Shown one piece after another: positions 40,304 through 52,930 of a stretch of 64,000 bases of DNA; positions within the stretch are counted from its first letter, which is position 1, and each line of letters begins with the position of its first letter. The stretch is taken from positions 15,934,001 to 15,998,000 of the forward strand of contig NW_027361812.1 of NCBI RefSeq assembly GCF_039654945.1. Reading direction: 5' to 3'. The DNA is from Dendrobates tinctorius. Lineage: Eukaryota. The notes below the pieces were generated by a model, which saw only the letters and a list, made by a program, of their open reading frames with translations, was not told the origin of the DNA and did not search any database. The position numbers and the translations under genes were made by a program.

Positions 40304-41126
40304 TGTTGTGAGTTCATTTTCCCCTTCACCGTCGATGTCTGATGAACTCCCTCTTCTGGTGAAGGAAGGTAGTGAGGCTGATTACCAAACACCTGATCTG
40401 GTAGATGATGACTGGGTAACAGGAAATTCTGACTGGATATAAGGCAGCCGATGCCCTTCTGAGTCGCTGGTGATTTCTCTGCTGGATTCTTGGAGACCAG
40501 TCTGATTCCTGCTTCCCAAAGATAAGTTTTTGCTCTGCTAGTGAACTTATTAGTTTTGTTTTGTTTACCTTGCTTTTTGGAGTTCAGCCATCCCCGGTCG
40601 GGGGTGTGCTGAGTTCCATTTTTGTCTCTGATCAGTTTGTCTCTTTGCTCTGTTTTCAGAATTTACCTGAGTGCTGATATAGTCTTTTTGAAGTCCTAGC
40701 GACTTCAGGGCCTGTTTTTCCTATCAGACGGTTGGGACTTTTTTTGGTAGGGTTTTTTACGGATTGCAGACAGCAGCTTTTCTATCCTGTCCTTTTTAGT
40801 TAGCTTGGGCCCCATCGTTTGCTCAACCTATCTTTCTATCTGTGTTAGTGTTTTCATCTTGCTTCACCGTCATTATATGTTGAGGGCTGCCTATTGCTTT
40901 GGGGTCTGCTCTGGGGCAGTTTAGAATTCCCCTTTCTTTCTTTAGGCCTATTTAGTTCTCCAACTTTGATCGAGGGGTCTAGGGCATCGTAGGAACCCCC
41001 CACGGCTACTGTTAGTTGTTGTGGATAGGATCAGGGGTCTGCAATCTGATAGCTACCATCCTCGCCGGTTTTCTGGACTTAGCTTGGATTTTTGGTTTTT
41101 CCTCCTTCGGTGACTCATTCATAACA
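40304..41126 (+). repeat. 3' LTR, subfamily A
   Basis: TGTT...AACA, follows the PPT, matches 27401-28153. Confidence 0.95.
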
Positions 41127-41420
41127 GAGTGCTTTGTGGGTGAGGGCAATAAGTTTGTACTGGATTCTGGAGTGGATGGGTAGCCAATGTAAGGACTGGC
41201 ACAAGGTAGAGGCATCGGTGTAACGAATGGCGAGGAATATGATCCTGGCTGCAGCATTCAAGACAGATTGGAGGGGGGAAAGTTTGCTAAGAGGGAGACA
41301 GATTAGAAGAGAGTTACAATAGTCCAGACGAGAATGAATAAGAGAAACAGTAAGAGTTTTTGCAGAGTCAAAGGTAAGAAAAGGTCGAATTCTAGAAATG
41401 TTTCTAGAAATGTTCCTGAT
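41127..41420 (-). mobile_element. L2 LINE ORF2 fragment
   Basis: SRLDYCNSLL, LQSVLNAAAR, LHWLPIHSRIQYK, typical of the L2 ORF2 C-terminus. Confidence 0.9.
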
Positions 41421-42177
41421 CACCATATTCCAGGCATGACTATTGAGATCTGAATATTGCCATGAAGTATGATTACATTGATGATATCCCTGATGGAGGT
41501 CAAAAATGTCATCAATGTATCTGATGTATAAACAGGACTGAAGTATGGGGCCTTTGGACACATTGTGCAATATGGGAGCAGACAAATAAATATCTACTAC
41601 TTCTGTGCAAAAGGAAAATAATTGTCTTTGGTGTTGTTCTTCAGCGTTATCAGCTGCTGACCCTTTATTGCTTCCAAGCAGACATTGGCATTAGTTTTGT
41701 AATACTTGCAATAAGTTGTAGGCAAGAAAGTCTGATGGACAGACACAAGATAGTAGTGAAAAGTCCCAGAGAGGGTCAGATGACTGTCTGAGACTCATCA
41801 CGTCTGAATCATGAAATACTCTGAGTGTTACATTACTGAGAGCCTGTGCTGGGGAGACAGCAGGGTACGTTCCAACATGCTACTAAAGGGGCCGAGGTGT
41901 TGAATGTAATGCCAGATATTTCATAGCACAGTATAATAGCAGGCGATCTGAAATAAAACCCAGGAACAATAAATTAAAAAGCTACAGATTAGCAAGGTTC
42001 AAGTTATTCAGCAAATCTATAAGTCACCACCATTTACTACTGACATAAAAAAGTCATTAGAGAAATCTGTATCTTAAAAACCTGATCGGTAATGCAGAAA
42101 ACTTACCTGGACTTACGGTAATTCTATTAGGAAATAAATGAAGGACATTTTTGATCATTTTTAAAATTGTTCCTTTA

Positions 42178-42620
42178 CCGTATATTCTTGTGTATAAGCC
42201 AAGATTTTTTGTGCTGAAGACGGCCCCCTTGGTTTATACATGAGTCATTGACCCGAAAGCCGGCAGGGGAGGGGGGAACCGCAGTGTAGCAGGTCAAAGG
42301 AGGCAGAAGACCTCCTCCTCACCCTCCTCGCGCCATCGATGCATCTCCATCCTGGCGCCTGCCACACAAAGCAGGACAGAACGGGGGAAGCCACACATTG
42401 CAGGACAGGATGGGGGAGCCACATACCAGGACAGGACGGGGGGAGCCACGCATACCAGAATAAAAAGGGGGAACCACATACCAGGACAGGACTTGGGGAG
42501 CCACGAATAGCAGGACAGGGATAAGGGGACAATGCATACCCGGCTTATACTCGCGTCAAAAAGGGTACCCAGTTTTCCGTGGCAAAATTAGGTGCCTCGG
42601 CTTATACTCGAGTATATGAG
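42178..42620. mobile_element. Tc1/mariner-superfamily (pogo/Tc2-like) MITE
   Basis: TA|CCGTATATTCTTGTGTATAAGCC...GGCTTATACTCGAGTATA; short internal CAGGACAGG repeats. Confidence 0.65.
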
Positions 42621-42675
42621 GAGGTTCATGTAGAAGGAGCAAAGAATGACATCATAGAATCAAATATAACAATAA

Positions 42676-42869
42676 GGTCACATTCACATGTTCAGTACTT
42701 GGTCAGTATTTTACATCAGTATTTATAAGCCAAAATCAGAAGTGGAACAGTCGGAAGAAAAGTATAATAGAAACATGTAACCACTTCTGTATTTATCACT
42801 CACTCCTGGTTTTGGCTTACAAATACTGATGTAAGATACTGACCAAATACTGAAAGTGTGAACATGGCC
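42676..42869. mobile_element. Harbinger-type palindromic MITE
   Basis: TAA TSD; homologous to 6534-6716. Confidence 0.8.
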
Positions 42870-42897
42870 TAAGGCTGGGACTGCCCACCGGTCATGC

Positions 42898-43054
42898 GAC
42901 CAAAGTTTGCAAGGTGTCACTGCTACATCACAGCGCTATACATGTGAATGTGGTCGCATTGTAACCCCCAGACCAAAGTTTGCAAGGTGTCACTGCTACA
43001 TCACAGCGCTATACATGTGAATGTGGTCGCATTGTAACCCCCAGACCAAAGTTT
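42898..43054. repeat. 73-bp tandem duplication
   Basis: GACCAAAGTTTG at 42898, 42971 and 43044 with identical intervening sequence. Confidence 0.9.
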
Positions 43055-43162
43055 GAAGTGATCCGACCATGTTCAATTGTGACAACGACTTCTAGCAAAC
43101 TTTGGCCACGCGACAAGTGTTATGGTGTAAGTCGCCATGTAGTTCTAGTCTAAAAAGCAAAA

Positions 43163-44325
43163 TGTGGCGCCCCTGAGGGTCCAGTCGCCACAGAGGTACT
43201 GCACCTCACCCAGAGGTGTGGTATCCCACAACCAGGTAAGGTGGGTGCACCCGACCAGATTCCAACACCCACATCCCACACACACTAGTAGTGTAGCAGA
43301 GCACCCTTTATGGCTACCTGCTTGGAACACGAAGAGTGCTGGGAGGTGGGCGGAGCTTAGCTTAGAGCGGGAGCAGGATAGAAAGTGAGATCAGATCCCC
43401 TCTGAGGGAGGGAAAGAGAAGGACGTGTCTGCAGCAGCTCTACAGATTAGAGGCTGCTGGATGGATTGGATTACAAAGGAAGCTCCCTAGGAACGATGGT
43501 TCTTCTGGGACACGGCTGGAGCGAACTCCCCGTGGGTCCCTTATCCACGCTGACTACAGGTCAGGTGGAGAGAGAGACTGGTCACAAAGGGAATGGCCCT
43601 TAGCCTAGATCGCATTCTTCAGGGTGCCAGTAGCAAGCTGACAGCTTTGGTTACTTTATGAACCATCGCCTCTTCCACAGTTACTCCAGCTGGAAATCAC
43701 AGAAACGGTGAGGCGTTGTCTGAACAGGATTCGCATCTGCTGGCCCGGAACGATAACTGTGAAGTGCTGGAGTGGAAGTCAGGTGGGAAAAGCAGCATAT
43801 TGTTTGGTAACGGCCAGGAAAGGCACATACTGACAGGGAAAGCTGGAAAGGTGCATTTCATCTTATCTGGAAGTTGGCTGGACCCCTCACCAGGAGAACA
43901 CAGCATTGAAGCTGGCATCTGGGCGCACCAGAACTGTGAGTAAAGCCCATTGAACTACATGCAATTGTGTCTTCCACGTTCTTTCCACGCCTCACACCCA
44001 GCTCTGCTACATTCTTCACTCCTCACTTCCTCACCATCTACCAACTCACTTCATCAGCCCTGGGACTACAGCTCTACCTGTGGAGAGCTTCTACATCTCA
44101 GCTGCACCACAACATCTGTCCCAGAGAAGCAACACTGCAGTGCTGGTCAATCTGATCGGAAACCACAGGTGGCGTCATGAATCACTTCGTAAACTTTATC
44201 CCCATCAATTCTACCCCTTTTACATTACCGCCTGAGGCCACTGACTGGGTCACTGCCACTGTGACATTTCCCATTGAAGTTAACGGGCCCGGCGCCGAGT
44301 ATCCCACGGCCTCTGGGGCGCGTCA
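43163..44325 (+). mobile_element. solo LTR (probably Gypsy)
   Basis: TGTGGCGCCCC...GGGGCGCGTCA inverted termini; GC-richer than the flanks; TSD imperfect. Confidence 0.6.
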
Positions 44326-47016
44326 AAAGCATAATGCGAAATTATAGAAAGTCGGATTTCCTTCAATGTTTAAGAAAAAGAATGTTATTAGGTGCCACAA
44401 GACTTCCACTCAAGATCTGTGTGAGGTCTTTTTTGTGTGGATGTAAACAATTAGCAGGTAGAAAGGCTTATTCAGTGAAAAAAAAAATTGTGGAAGTATT
44501 TCAGATAAAATCCTATTATATACATGTAACGTAAAGGCATAATGCCATGAACAGGTATGCTTTAATCTATTGTTTAATAAATGTTTGCAATATGTAAATA
44601 TTACACTTTAATACTATATTATGTATCATATAAATTTATACAATACATCTGTGTTTGACCAGTCTGCTGCTCTGCTCCGGCATAGGAGATTGTTCACCAG
44701 TGGCACCTGATGGACTCCAATGACTATGTTGGGGTCCACTGGGTTTTCATTATGGTATCCACCATTTTTCCTTGGCAAATTATTTCAGCATGATGAACTA
44801 TTTTTTTTTTTATAAGGAAAACTATACTGAGCCGTAGAGAGAATATGTTATCAGTCATAATAGGGCTTGATTCTTTAGATTTATTTATCAGACAGGATGA
44901 AGGTGGTCCCACTGTATGGTGCTGTGTGCCGTTATTAGCACCAAGGGTCTAAGCTAAATTTACTAGAATAGAGCTCAATACATACAGCCTTGTGGAAGTC
45001 AATGGTTTTCAACTGCAAAAGAAGAAAAAAGAACCAAAAGGTACAGAGACGCTATTATTGCTGCATTATTCAAAATTTATATACATGAAAGTATCACACA
45101 AGACTTGGAAGACATCATTAGTATCTTTTCTCGCCATCATCTAACCATACACAAATTTGCCCTAAAATGACAACTCAGCAGAGCCAGTGCTGGTAATGAT
45201 GAAGTACACATGTGAAAAATTGCCCCCAAAGTCCCTTGGCTCACAGTTCGCACTAGTCTATGTCTAGGAAGTAGTTGCAGTGTTGTGCGCCAGAACTTTC
45301 TGCGGTTGATAGCAATAACATTGCATGAACCCAATGCATTAAGGACATTGTAAAATCCCCCCTTCTTCAGCACTAGAAAACGTAGCAGCTGTAATCTATG
45401 CTTGACATCAGCAGGTGTAGATCTGAGACACAATTTGCCTAATTTCACTCTTTACTACATCTGGCCTGAACTATATCTCTTTTGGAGATTTTGGAGATTA
45501 TGCCTACATGTCTTAGAAATATAAGTATATGTAATTTGTTGCAATTTTTGTAAGCAATTTTGTAATTTTGTTTTGCCATTACTGTGAATGCATCCACAAA
45601 GCTACCATATATACATGTTTCTGCTCCTAAAAAAAGCATAAAAATATAAACTCCATCCTAATTTCTATGTGAACCAGGCTTCATACACACGGTCATATTC
45701 AAAATATGTACAGTATAACCTGAGTTGCAACTTGCAAACATGTTGCAAAAAAAACTAAATAGATGAACTGGAATACAAGTTTGTGTGCATGTAGGCGCAT
45801 GTTCATACTGGCCAGTAAACATACAGCAATAGTGCGTGAAAATAATATAGAGCACTTAGTTAACATAAAAATGTAAAAGCCATCCCACCACGTCATGGTG
45901 ACCCTATTCAGGATGGTCCTACTCCTAACTTCTAGTATTAAAATTTTACTATTTGTCAAGTGACGTACATGGAGATAAAGGTTGAGAAGGACTTCAATCC
46001 CTACACCCTGCATGCATACCAACTGATATTTCAGTTTATCTCTTTAGATTTTTTGTTTCAATTTTTTTACAATCTGTATAATTAGAGGTGTGGCATCATT
46101 TTTCTTCGAGCTGGACATTACATTCATGTAGTTTCCCATGGCTGCGTGTCCACTAGCCAGGTCTCAGTCCTTCTCAGCCCTTATCCACATGTATGTCCCT
46201 TCACAAATGTTAAGGTTAGGACCGTTCTGAATAGAGTCAGCATGATGCGGTGGGATGGCTTTTACATTTTTTTAATGAAAAATTATGTTAATTAAGCGCC
46301 CTACATTACTTTCAAGCACTATTACTATTTATTTATTTACTGCAAGGTATTTGCTTATTATGTTTTATGTCTTGGATTTTGCATACATGTTATCAGTAGA
46401 CTGTTATGGGACCACATTGCTCTTCTGGATGTTTCCAATCGACACAGCATGGTCCAATCCATTTTGTATTATGGAGGCAATGATTTTCGGGAAGAGTAAA
46501 ATGCCTCATGAAGTACTATGGGGAAACCGCAGTGCATTGCTTGTAACTATACTCTTGGCAAATGTGTTTGATTGCATTTCTGAGCACTAAGTGTAGAATA
46601 TATTGGACCGATTCATTAAGACCAGCACTATATACACCAATCTTACAAAAGGGGAATTTTGGATTAAGGTGAGTCAAATTAATTAAGAGGCACACACCAC
46701 TTACTGAATTAGGTGTATCTTCTTAGTGATGTGCTCCTCACCAGAAATGTTACTCCAGTCAGGAATTTGGATAACATTTCTGGCATAAAAAAACCTCATT
46801 CATTATTGATCAATTTGTTAAAATGGCATTGCGACATCCCGCCCTGCCCCATTTGTGTCCAAAACTGACATAAAAATGCCAATAGTAGCAAAATCTTTGT
46901 GGAACTCCACATAATGCAAACAGTTTGTTCCGTTTTTTTCTGGCCTAAACCTTTTTACGAGTCTGGGCCTTTTTGTCTTTATTTTATCAATGTAGAATAA
47001 AATGGAATTTTTAAAT

Positions 47017-47495
47017 AGGATTTTATACCCCAAACTAATGGTATGTATATAAAGGTGCTTTAATGCTGAGTAAATCCTTACTTTTCTTGTTCAAATCCAT
47101 TTTGGTGTGTTAGAGAAATCCATAGTTGAAATTGTATGCTAATGAGTTACAAGTGCAGTGGGCGGGCCTTGCACTTACCGCTCTCCCATCTCTCTCCATA
47201 CCTCCTGTCTGTAGGTCACTCCTCCTGTCTCTAGGTCACTCCTATTGTATCAGTGACCTGTGAGTCATAGACAGGAGGCAGGAAGTGGGCGGGTTATAGG
47301 GAGAGATGCAGGAGAGCGGTAAGTGCACGGCCCACCCACTGCACTTGTAACAAATTACTATACACTTTCAACTATGAATTTCCCTAAAATAGGAAAACAG
47401 ATTTGTACAACAAAGATAAAGACTTAATCTGCGTTAAAGCACCTTTACAAACATGCCATGAGTTTGGAGTCTAAAATCCGGAAGACAGGTTCTCT
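47017..47495. mobile_element. Kolobok/T2-like palindromic MITE
   Basis: Long diverged inverted arms; right end GACAGGTTCTCT|TTAA. Confidence 0.6.
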
Positions 47496-48907
47496 TTAAG
47501 GGATTTTGTAGTGAGCATTACACACCGACAATGAATAAATTAGTAGGCAGCATGGAGCACATTCACCCTGGCAATCATCCTCCTGCAGATAAATCTATTG
47601 GCTTCTTGGAATTTGTGATTCTTGGGGCTCATACATTCATGGATCACAATTTTCTCTCCATCGACCAGCGTTGTAGCCTCCTACATGGTGTTATTAACGC
47701 CAAGGAGGAAGAATAGATGTCCCAGTATAAATGAGTTAATCACACAGACTAACTAGCTGACCTCTCCATGACCCACCTTTGCTCAAGCAGAAATTTCTGG
47801 AGAGATTGGAGTCAAAGAAAACAAAAAGCCCGGTATAAGTATGGGCCCTACGTGATAGAAGCTTCCATGTCATGGGCAGGAGACGGAAATATCTTGCATC
47901 AGCGTTTGAAATATTAAAAATAAATAACAAACACAAGATAAATTATTAAAAGCAAATACACACCGGTTTCTAAGCCGCTACGATCAGGGCAGCCACGTTC
48001 TGACTTTCTAGAGATCACAGAAAGAAAATACAATATTGACATACGTGGCAAGAGGAACGTGGAAAAGACTGCTGGTAATAAGGAAGCTTTGCACATAGTG
48101 ACCCATGTATTTATAGTTACCAGCATTGAGTATATAGACATTGGCCCTACGTGAAATAAATACCTTACCTCTGGAGGGACTGGACTACGACTATGCCACA
48201 TTATACTAATACTTAGATAAGTTCAATATTTCTTGCAGACATGTTCGTCAGGGTTTACAGTAGAAATGCATTTAAAAATAATTTATTACTATATTTCTAT
48301 AGCACAGACACAAAGTTAAGTGCCCCCCCCCCAAAAAAAAGCCTGATTAAACTTCCTCAGGTTTTTGCCCCAAAAAACGCAGCAAAAGTGGATACCTGCG
48401 TATTTAGCCGCGTTTTTACACTTATTGTTTCCTATGGGTGAAAAAGACGCAAATACGCTGAAAAAACGTTGAAAGAAGTGACATGCTGCAGTTTTCCCAA
48501 ATCATCCAGGAAAATAAAACCAAGGTGTGAGCAAAAACATTCTGAAATCTCATAGACTTTGCTGGTACTGAAAAATGCAGTTTAAAATTTGCATTAAAAA
48601 AAACCATAGCAAAAAAACGCTGCAAAAACAAAACATTGTGATGCGTTTCTGGCCAAAGTTTATGACTAAGGGTTTCAGCCAGAAATGCATCAGGGAACAT
48701 GCCATGAATGTCCAAATTTTTAATTTGGATTGAATTAAAAATGATTTTCTTTTCTTTTGTGATGTGGATCCTTTTCCCTTTTGCATATAGCAATGTCACA
48801 GTACATTGATCATATACAAAAAAAAGTGATGTGGCGATACAGTAAAGATAGGGATGTCACAGTACAGAGAGGATAAACAGTAATATCCCGGCATAGGAAT
48901 AATTAAG

Positions 48908-49228
48908 GAATAATATTAGCAAATACCTCCAGTTAGAAATGTTTATAGTTCTTCTGATTAGCTATGCCACTTACCCCATCTGCAGGCTTTTCAGTAGCTT
49001 AGCTATCCATGGTTATGACCACTGACAACTAACTAACTGTCACTATATCAGTGGTCATAACAATGGATACCTAAACTACTGCAATGCCCTGCACATGGGG
49101 TAAGTGACACAGTGAATCAGAAGAACTATACTACATTTCTAACTTAAGGTATTTGCTATTATTATTACTATTATTATTATTATACCTACTATATATTGGG
49201 ATAAAATCTTGGCGATGGGAGAACCCCT
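48908..49228. mobile_element. palindromic T2-like MITE
   Basis: Inverted arms at about 48915-49020 and 49050-49165; right end AACCCCT|TTAA. Confidence 0.55.
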
Positions 49229-50860
49229 TTAAGCAAAGTGATGTCACAGCACAAGAATAACAAACACAGCACTATAGCACAGGATAATACACGCTGCGAT
49301 CTCACAGCAAAATGATAATAAACTGGTATATTCTCATATGGCAGAGTAGCCCTATATCCTCTAGGATGATATCCTTACCAAACTGGACAAAAGCTAAATA
49401 AACAGCTGAACCCGTCATTTTTTTGTCTGGCCCCGGTTCCTTTCCATTGAAAACTCATGCAGTCTCGGCCAAAGTGAGCTTGTGTAAAGTTCAGGGATCG
49501 AAAAAGATAGCCAAGTGAGCATATGACTGTCTTAAAAGGGGTTTTCCCCTTTCAACTTTTTTTTTACTAATCCATCATGTTAAAATGAATAAAATCAGCA
49601 GGTACTCACCATCCATCGCTGCGCCACCACAGCTGCTACAGTGATTGTGTAGAGGCTGCAGTGGTGAGGTGACATCATCAGCACTGCAGCCAATCCCTGT
49701 CCTCAGCTCTAGATGGCCGAGCCACAGAGCCGAGTGATTAGCTGCAGCGCCATTGATGTCTCCAAAGCAGCAAAAAAGATCCGACGCTGGAGCAAGTGAG
49801 GAGGAGAACCAGCTAATTTTATTATTAATACAATCTCTATGATGAATTAATAGAAAAAAAAAAGTTGAAAAGGGAAAAGCGAAGATTGATAGATACAGAG
49901 GGAAAAGGCGTAAGGTGTACAACAAATACAGATGTATGGACTTTGGGTTACAAGTTGACTGTAAGACACAGGTCTCTAACACCAAACTGGTTGACTGCCC
50001 GCTAAGTGACTGCTGACAGCCATGAATAAACATTATCTCCAAACAAGTGGCGAATATGGCAGTAATAATAATGAGAATAATGGATAATCAATACGGATCC
50101 AGAGGAGAGGTCGTATCTGTGCGCACTGCTAGCGTTCAACACTATGTATGAATTAGGAAGTATTCATCTGTTATTTGGATACAAGCCATCCTAAAATACT
50201 ATAAATGTTGGTATCTAATGCAAATGCCTCTACAAGGTTAAACAGGCAACATGCTGAATACATTTCAGTCTATAGATTCCCAATCTAGTCATGTAGAAGG
50301 TATGCACTTCTCTGGCACCACACATTACTGTCGCGGGAAAAAGAGATCCATCACAAAACACCTTCCCTTCCTTTTCGTTGCTTTTCATGATTACATATTT
50401 GTTTATCTTCTCTAGAAATGTGAGTCCAAAATCACAGCTGTGTGTTGTAAGGCCACAAATATCATGGTATGTGTAATCCATAATGTGGTTGTCAGGGCTT
50501 CTTCAAAACTCATTCATAATATAGGGAAAAATGCGGCGAAATTCCGCTGGTCTCATCCCTTGTCAAAGGCACATGGAGACATGCACTCCAGAATCCCCCG
50601 AACCTCACAGTGAACGTCCTCAGACACATACGTACTAACCGCCATACTGTAACTATTATCTCCAGCTTAGATGCTGCGTCAACGGACCAGTGGGAGACGT
50701 TCTAGTTATTTGCAATGTGACCCATTTTAGAGCTGAGTGTGGAAAAAAGAAATCATGAATCTTAGTCATGATACATTTTTCAAGAGAATATATATATTTT
50801 TTTTACTTAAAAGGGTAAAGCCTCAAAAATTCATGAAGGCTACATTACAAATAAATTATA

Positions 50861-51131
50861 GGGCAGCACGGTGGCTCAGTGGTTAGCGCTGCAGCCTTGC
50901 TGGGGTCCTGGGTTCGAATCCCACCAAGGACAACATCTGCAAGGAGTTTGTATGTTCTCCCCATGTTTGCGTGGGTTTCCTCCGGGTACTCCGGTTTCCT
51001 CCCACATTCCAAAGACATACTGATAGGGAATTTTAGATTGTGAGCCCCATTGGAGACAGTGATGATAATGTGTGCAAACTGTAAAGTGCTGTGGAATATG
51101 TTAGCGCTATATAAAAATAAAGATTATTATT
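50861..51131 (+). mobile_element. tRNA-derived SINE with L2-like tail
   Basis: A box TGGCTCAGTGG, B box GGTTCGAATCCC, V-SINE-like GTGGGTTTCCTCCGGG core, (ATT)n tail. Confidence 0.88.
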
Positions 51132-51556
51132 AATTAAAAATCTATATAACTTTCTGAAGCCAGGGCTAAACGTGTCCAAAAGTTGTGTGTAGTATTCCAC
51201 GTCAGCCTTATTCACTATGAAATGGCTGAGCTGCAATACCAGGCACAAACACTGAACAGATGTGGCACTATTTCTAGAAGTAAGCAGCGATATTTTCATA
51301 ACCCAGTAAAACCCATGCGCGTTAAACTAAAGTCAGCCAGTCTGCCAATTCCAGCCAGATTAATGTGTTTAGGGGCCTCTTGACATCATCTCTTGGAGGA
51401 GAGAAGGATGTGGCCTTTGGGATTCCAACAGTTAAATCTTTTTTTCAGAGGGTAGACAATCCAACTTTGAGTCGAGCCTTCCTCTATGTGAACAGTCTGT
51501 AGAAACAGATGAAGGATAGTTCACCTGACTGCTATCTAATCTGTACAGAACCTTAA

Positions 51557-52930
51557 TGGGAACCTGTCACAGTTTTTTCCCCATATAACATATGGGCAGC
51601 ACCTATAAGCCTCTGTTACAGCATTATAGCATGTTGTATGTATTTCCCCAATCCCCTATGCAAGGCACAAAAAATACCTTTTATTATACCCATATAATAC
51701 ACTGTGGTCCGGTCCGATGGGCTTTTCTTGGCTTGATACTTCACCTCCTCTCTTCTTTTGATTGCTGACCTCCTTCCCTGCTTTGTGTGGATGACGCATT
51801 CTATGTCATCCACACTGTGACCCCCTTCGCGCTACTGTGGGGAGGTTGAACTGACGGACAGGTCTGCCTGTGGAGAGAGGCAGAGGGATAGCGCAGTGTA
51901 GGCTGAGATACAGAGAAAGGGGTGTCATGTGGTAGTTTGACCATTAGAGGGCAGTGGGGAGTGTAGGAGAGAGTGACTGTGTAACTGCCATGGGTCAAAG
52001 TAACTGCCATTGGTCAAGGTAACTGTCAGGTGATAGTGGGTGGAGCTACCAGGACTGGGAGTATAAAGGCTGAGGGAAGGTTCTGGAAAGTCCAGTCAGC
52101 CAGGGGAGCTCACTAGGGAGAAGGATCTGCTGTAGAGAGAAAGACGGTAAAAGCTTTCAGAGAGTAGCTGACAGTGGAGACGGTCACGGGGGGTGATCCA
52201 AAAGAACAGTAGCCGCAGACAGAGACGGTTTGGGGGTACCAAGTGGACGGTGTACTTTGAAGGGTGAAACGCTGTGGTGGAAGTGCCTAGGGCAGCCACA
52301 GTGGGAAGAGCCACAAAGGACGCCACGACGGTGAAACTAAGAAGTGAAGGTACCCGGGTCTGTGAGCAAGAGAACAGTGAAATTCCTGTGATGAAGTGCG
52401 GTGGTCGTCAGAGAGGTGGCCAATAAAAATGGACCTGTTGAATATAACTCCTGTCTCTGTCTCGTGTCTGTCGGCAGCAAGAAGTGGGTCACCCCCTATT
52501 CCCGTTGGATCAGCACTCCCCTCGCCCATCCTACACTACTGCCCAAGCGCAATTCTCTCTGCCCTGCGAAGTACAGAACAAAGCAAAGTAATGCGCATGC
52601 GCTGGCTTTACCTATGGGTATTTGCACTCTTTGGCCCTTCCCTGCACATGCGCACTACAGTAGTTTGCTCTGCCCTCGGAAGGACAGAGTTAAGTGCGCC
52701 TGCCCAGGAACATTATGGGAGACACCATGTGGATGACGTAGGATGCACCGGAACAAGCCAAGAGGCGCCCATCAGACTAGACGGCACAGAATGTAACTAT
52801 AATATTAGGTATTTTCTGTGCCTTACATAAGGGTTTGGAGACATACATACAGCATTCTAGAATGCTGGAAAAGAGAGCTTAAAGATGCTGGCCATACTTT
52901 ATTTTGGGAAAACCTGGTGAGAGGTTCCCT
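51557..52930. mobile_element. Kolobok/T2-like non-autonomous element with an LTR-like insert (51816-52535)
   Basis: TTAA|TGGGAACCTGTCAC...GTGAGAGGTTCCCT; insert has TGT..ACA ends, TATAAA and AATAAA but no clear TSD. Confidence 0.55.

Larger units (their letters stand above)
34890..40442 (+). pseudogene. gag-pol of outer element, with stops, frameshifts and a MITE insertion
   Basis: ORFs 34812, 35591, 36574, 38634, 39762 and 39966 are colinear with element C; stop at 35532; protease DSG changed to YSG; RNase H VVL|TDHK split by the MITE. Confidence 0.93.
27401..41126 (+). mobile_element. outer chimeric chromodomain Ty3/Gypsy (Tf1/sushi-type) LTR retrotransposon, A/B
   Basis: TGTT...AACA ends; 6-bp TSD GAGTGC (27395-27400, 41127-41132); internal region 34745-40303; PPT AAGGGGGAGG before the 3' LTR. 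Confidence 0.93.

Noticed and set aside
50861-50935. tRNA gene
   Set aside because: A/B boxes run on into a SINE body and tail, repeated at 54337 and 59629
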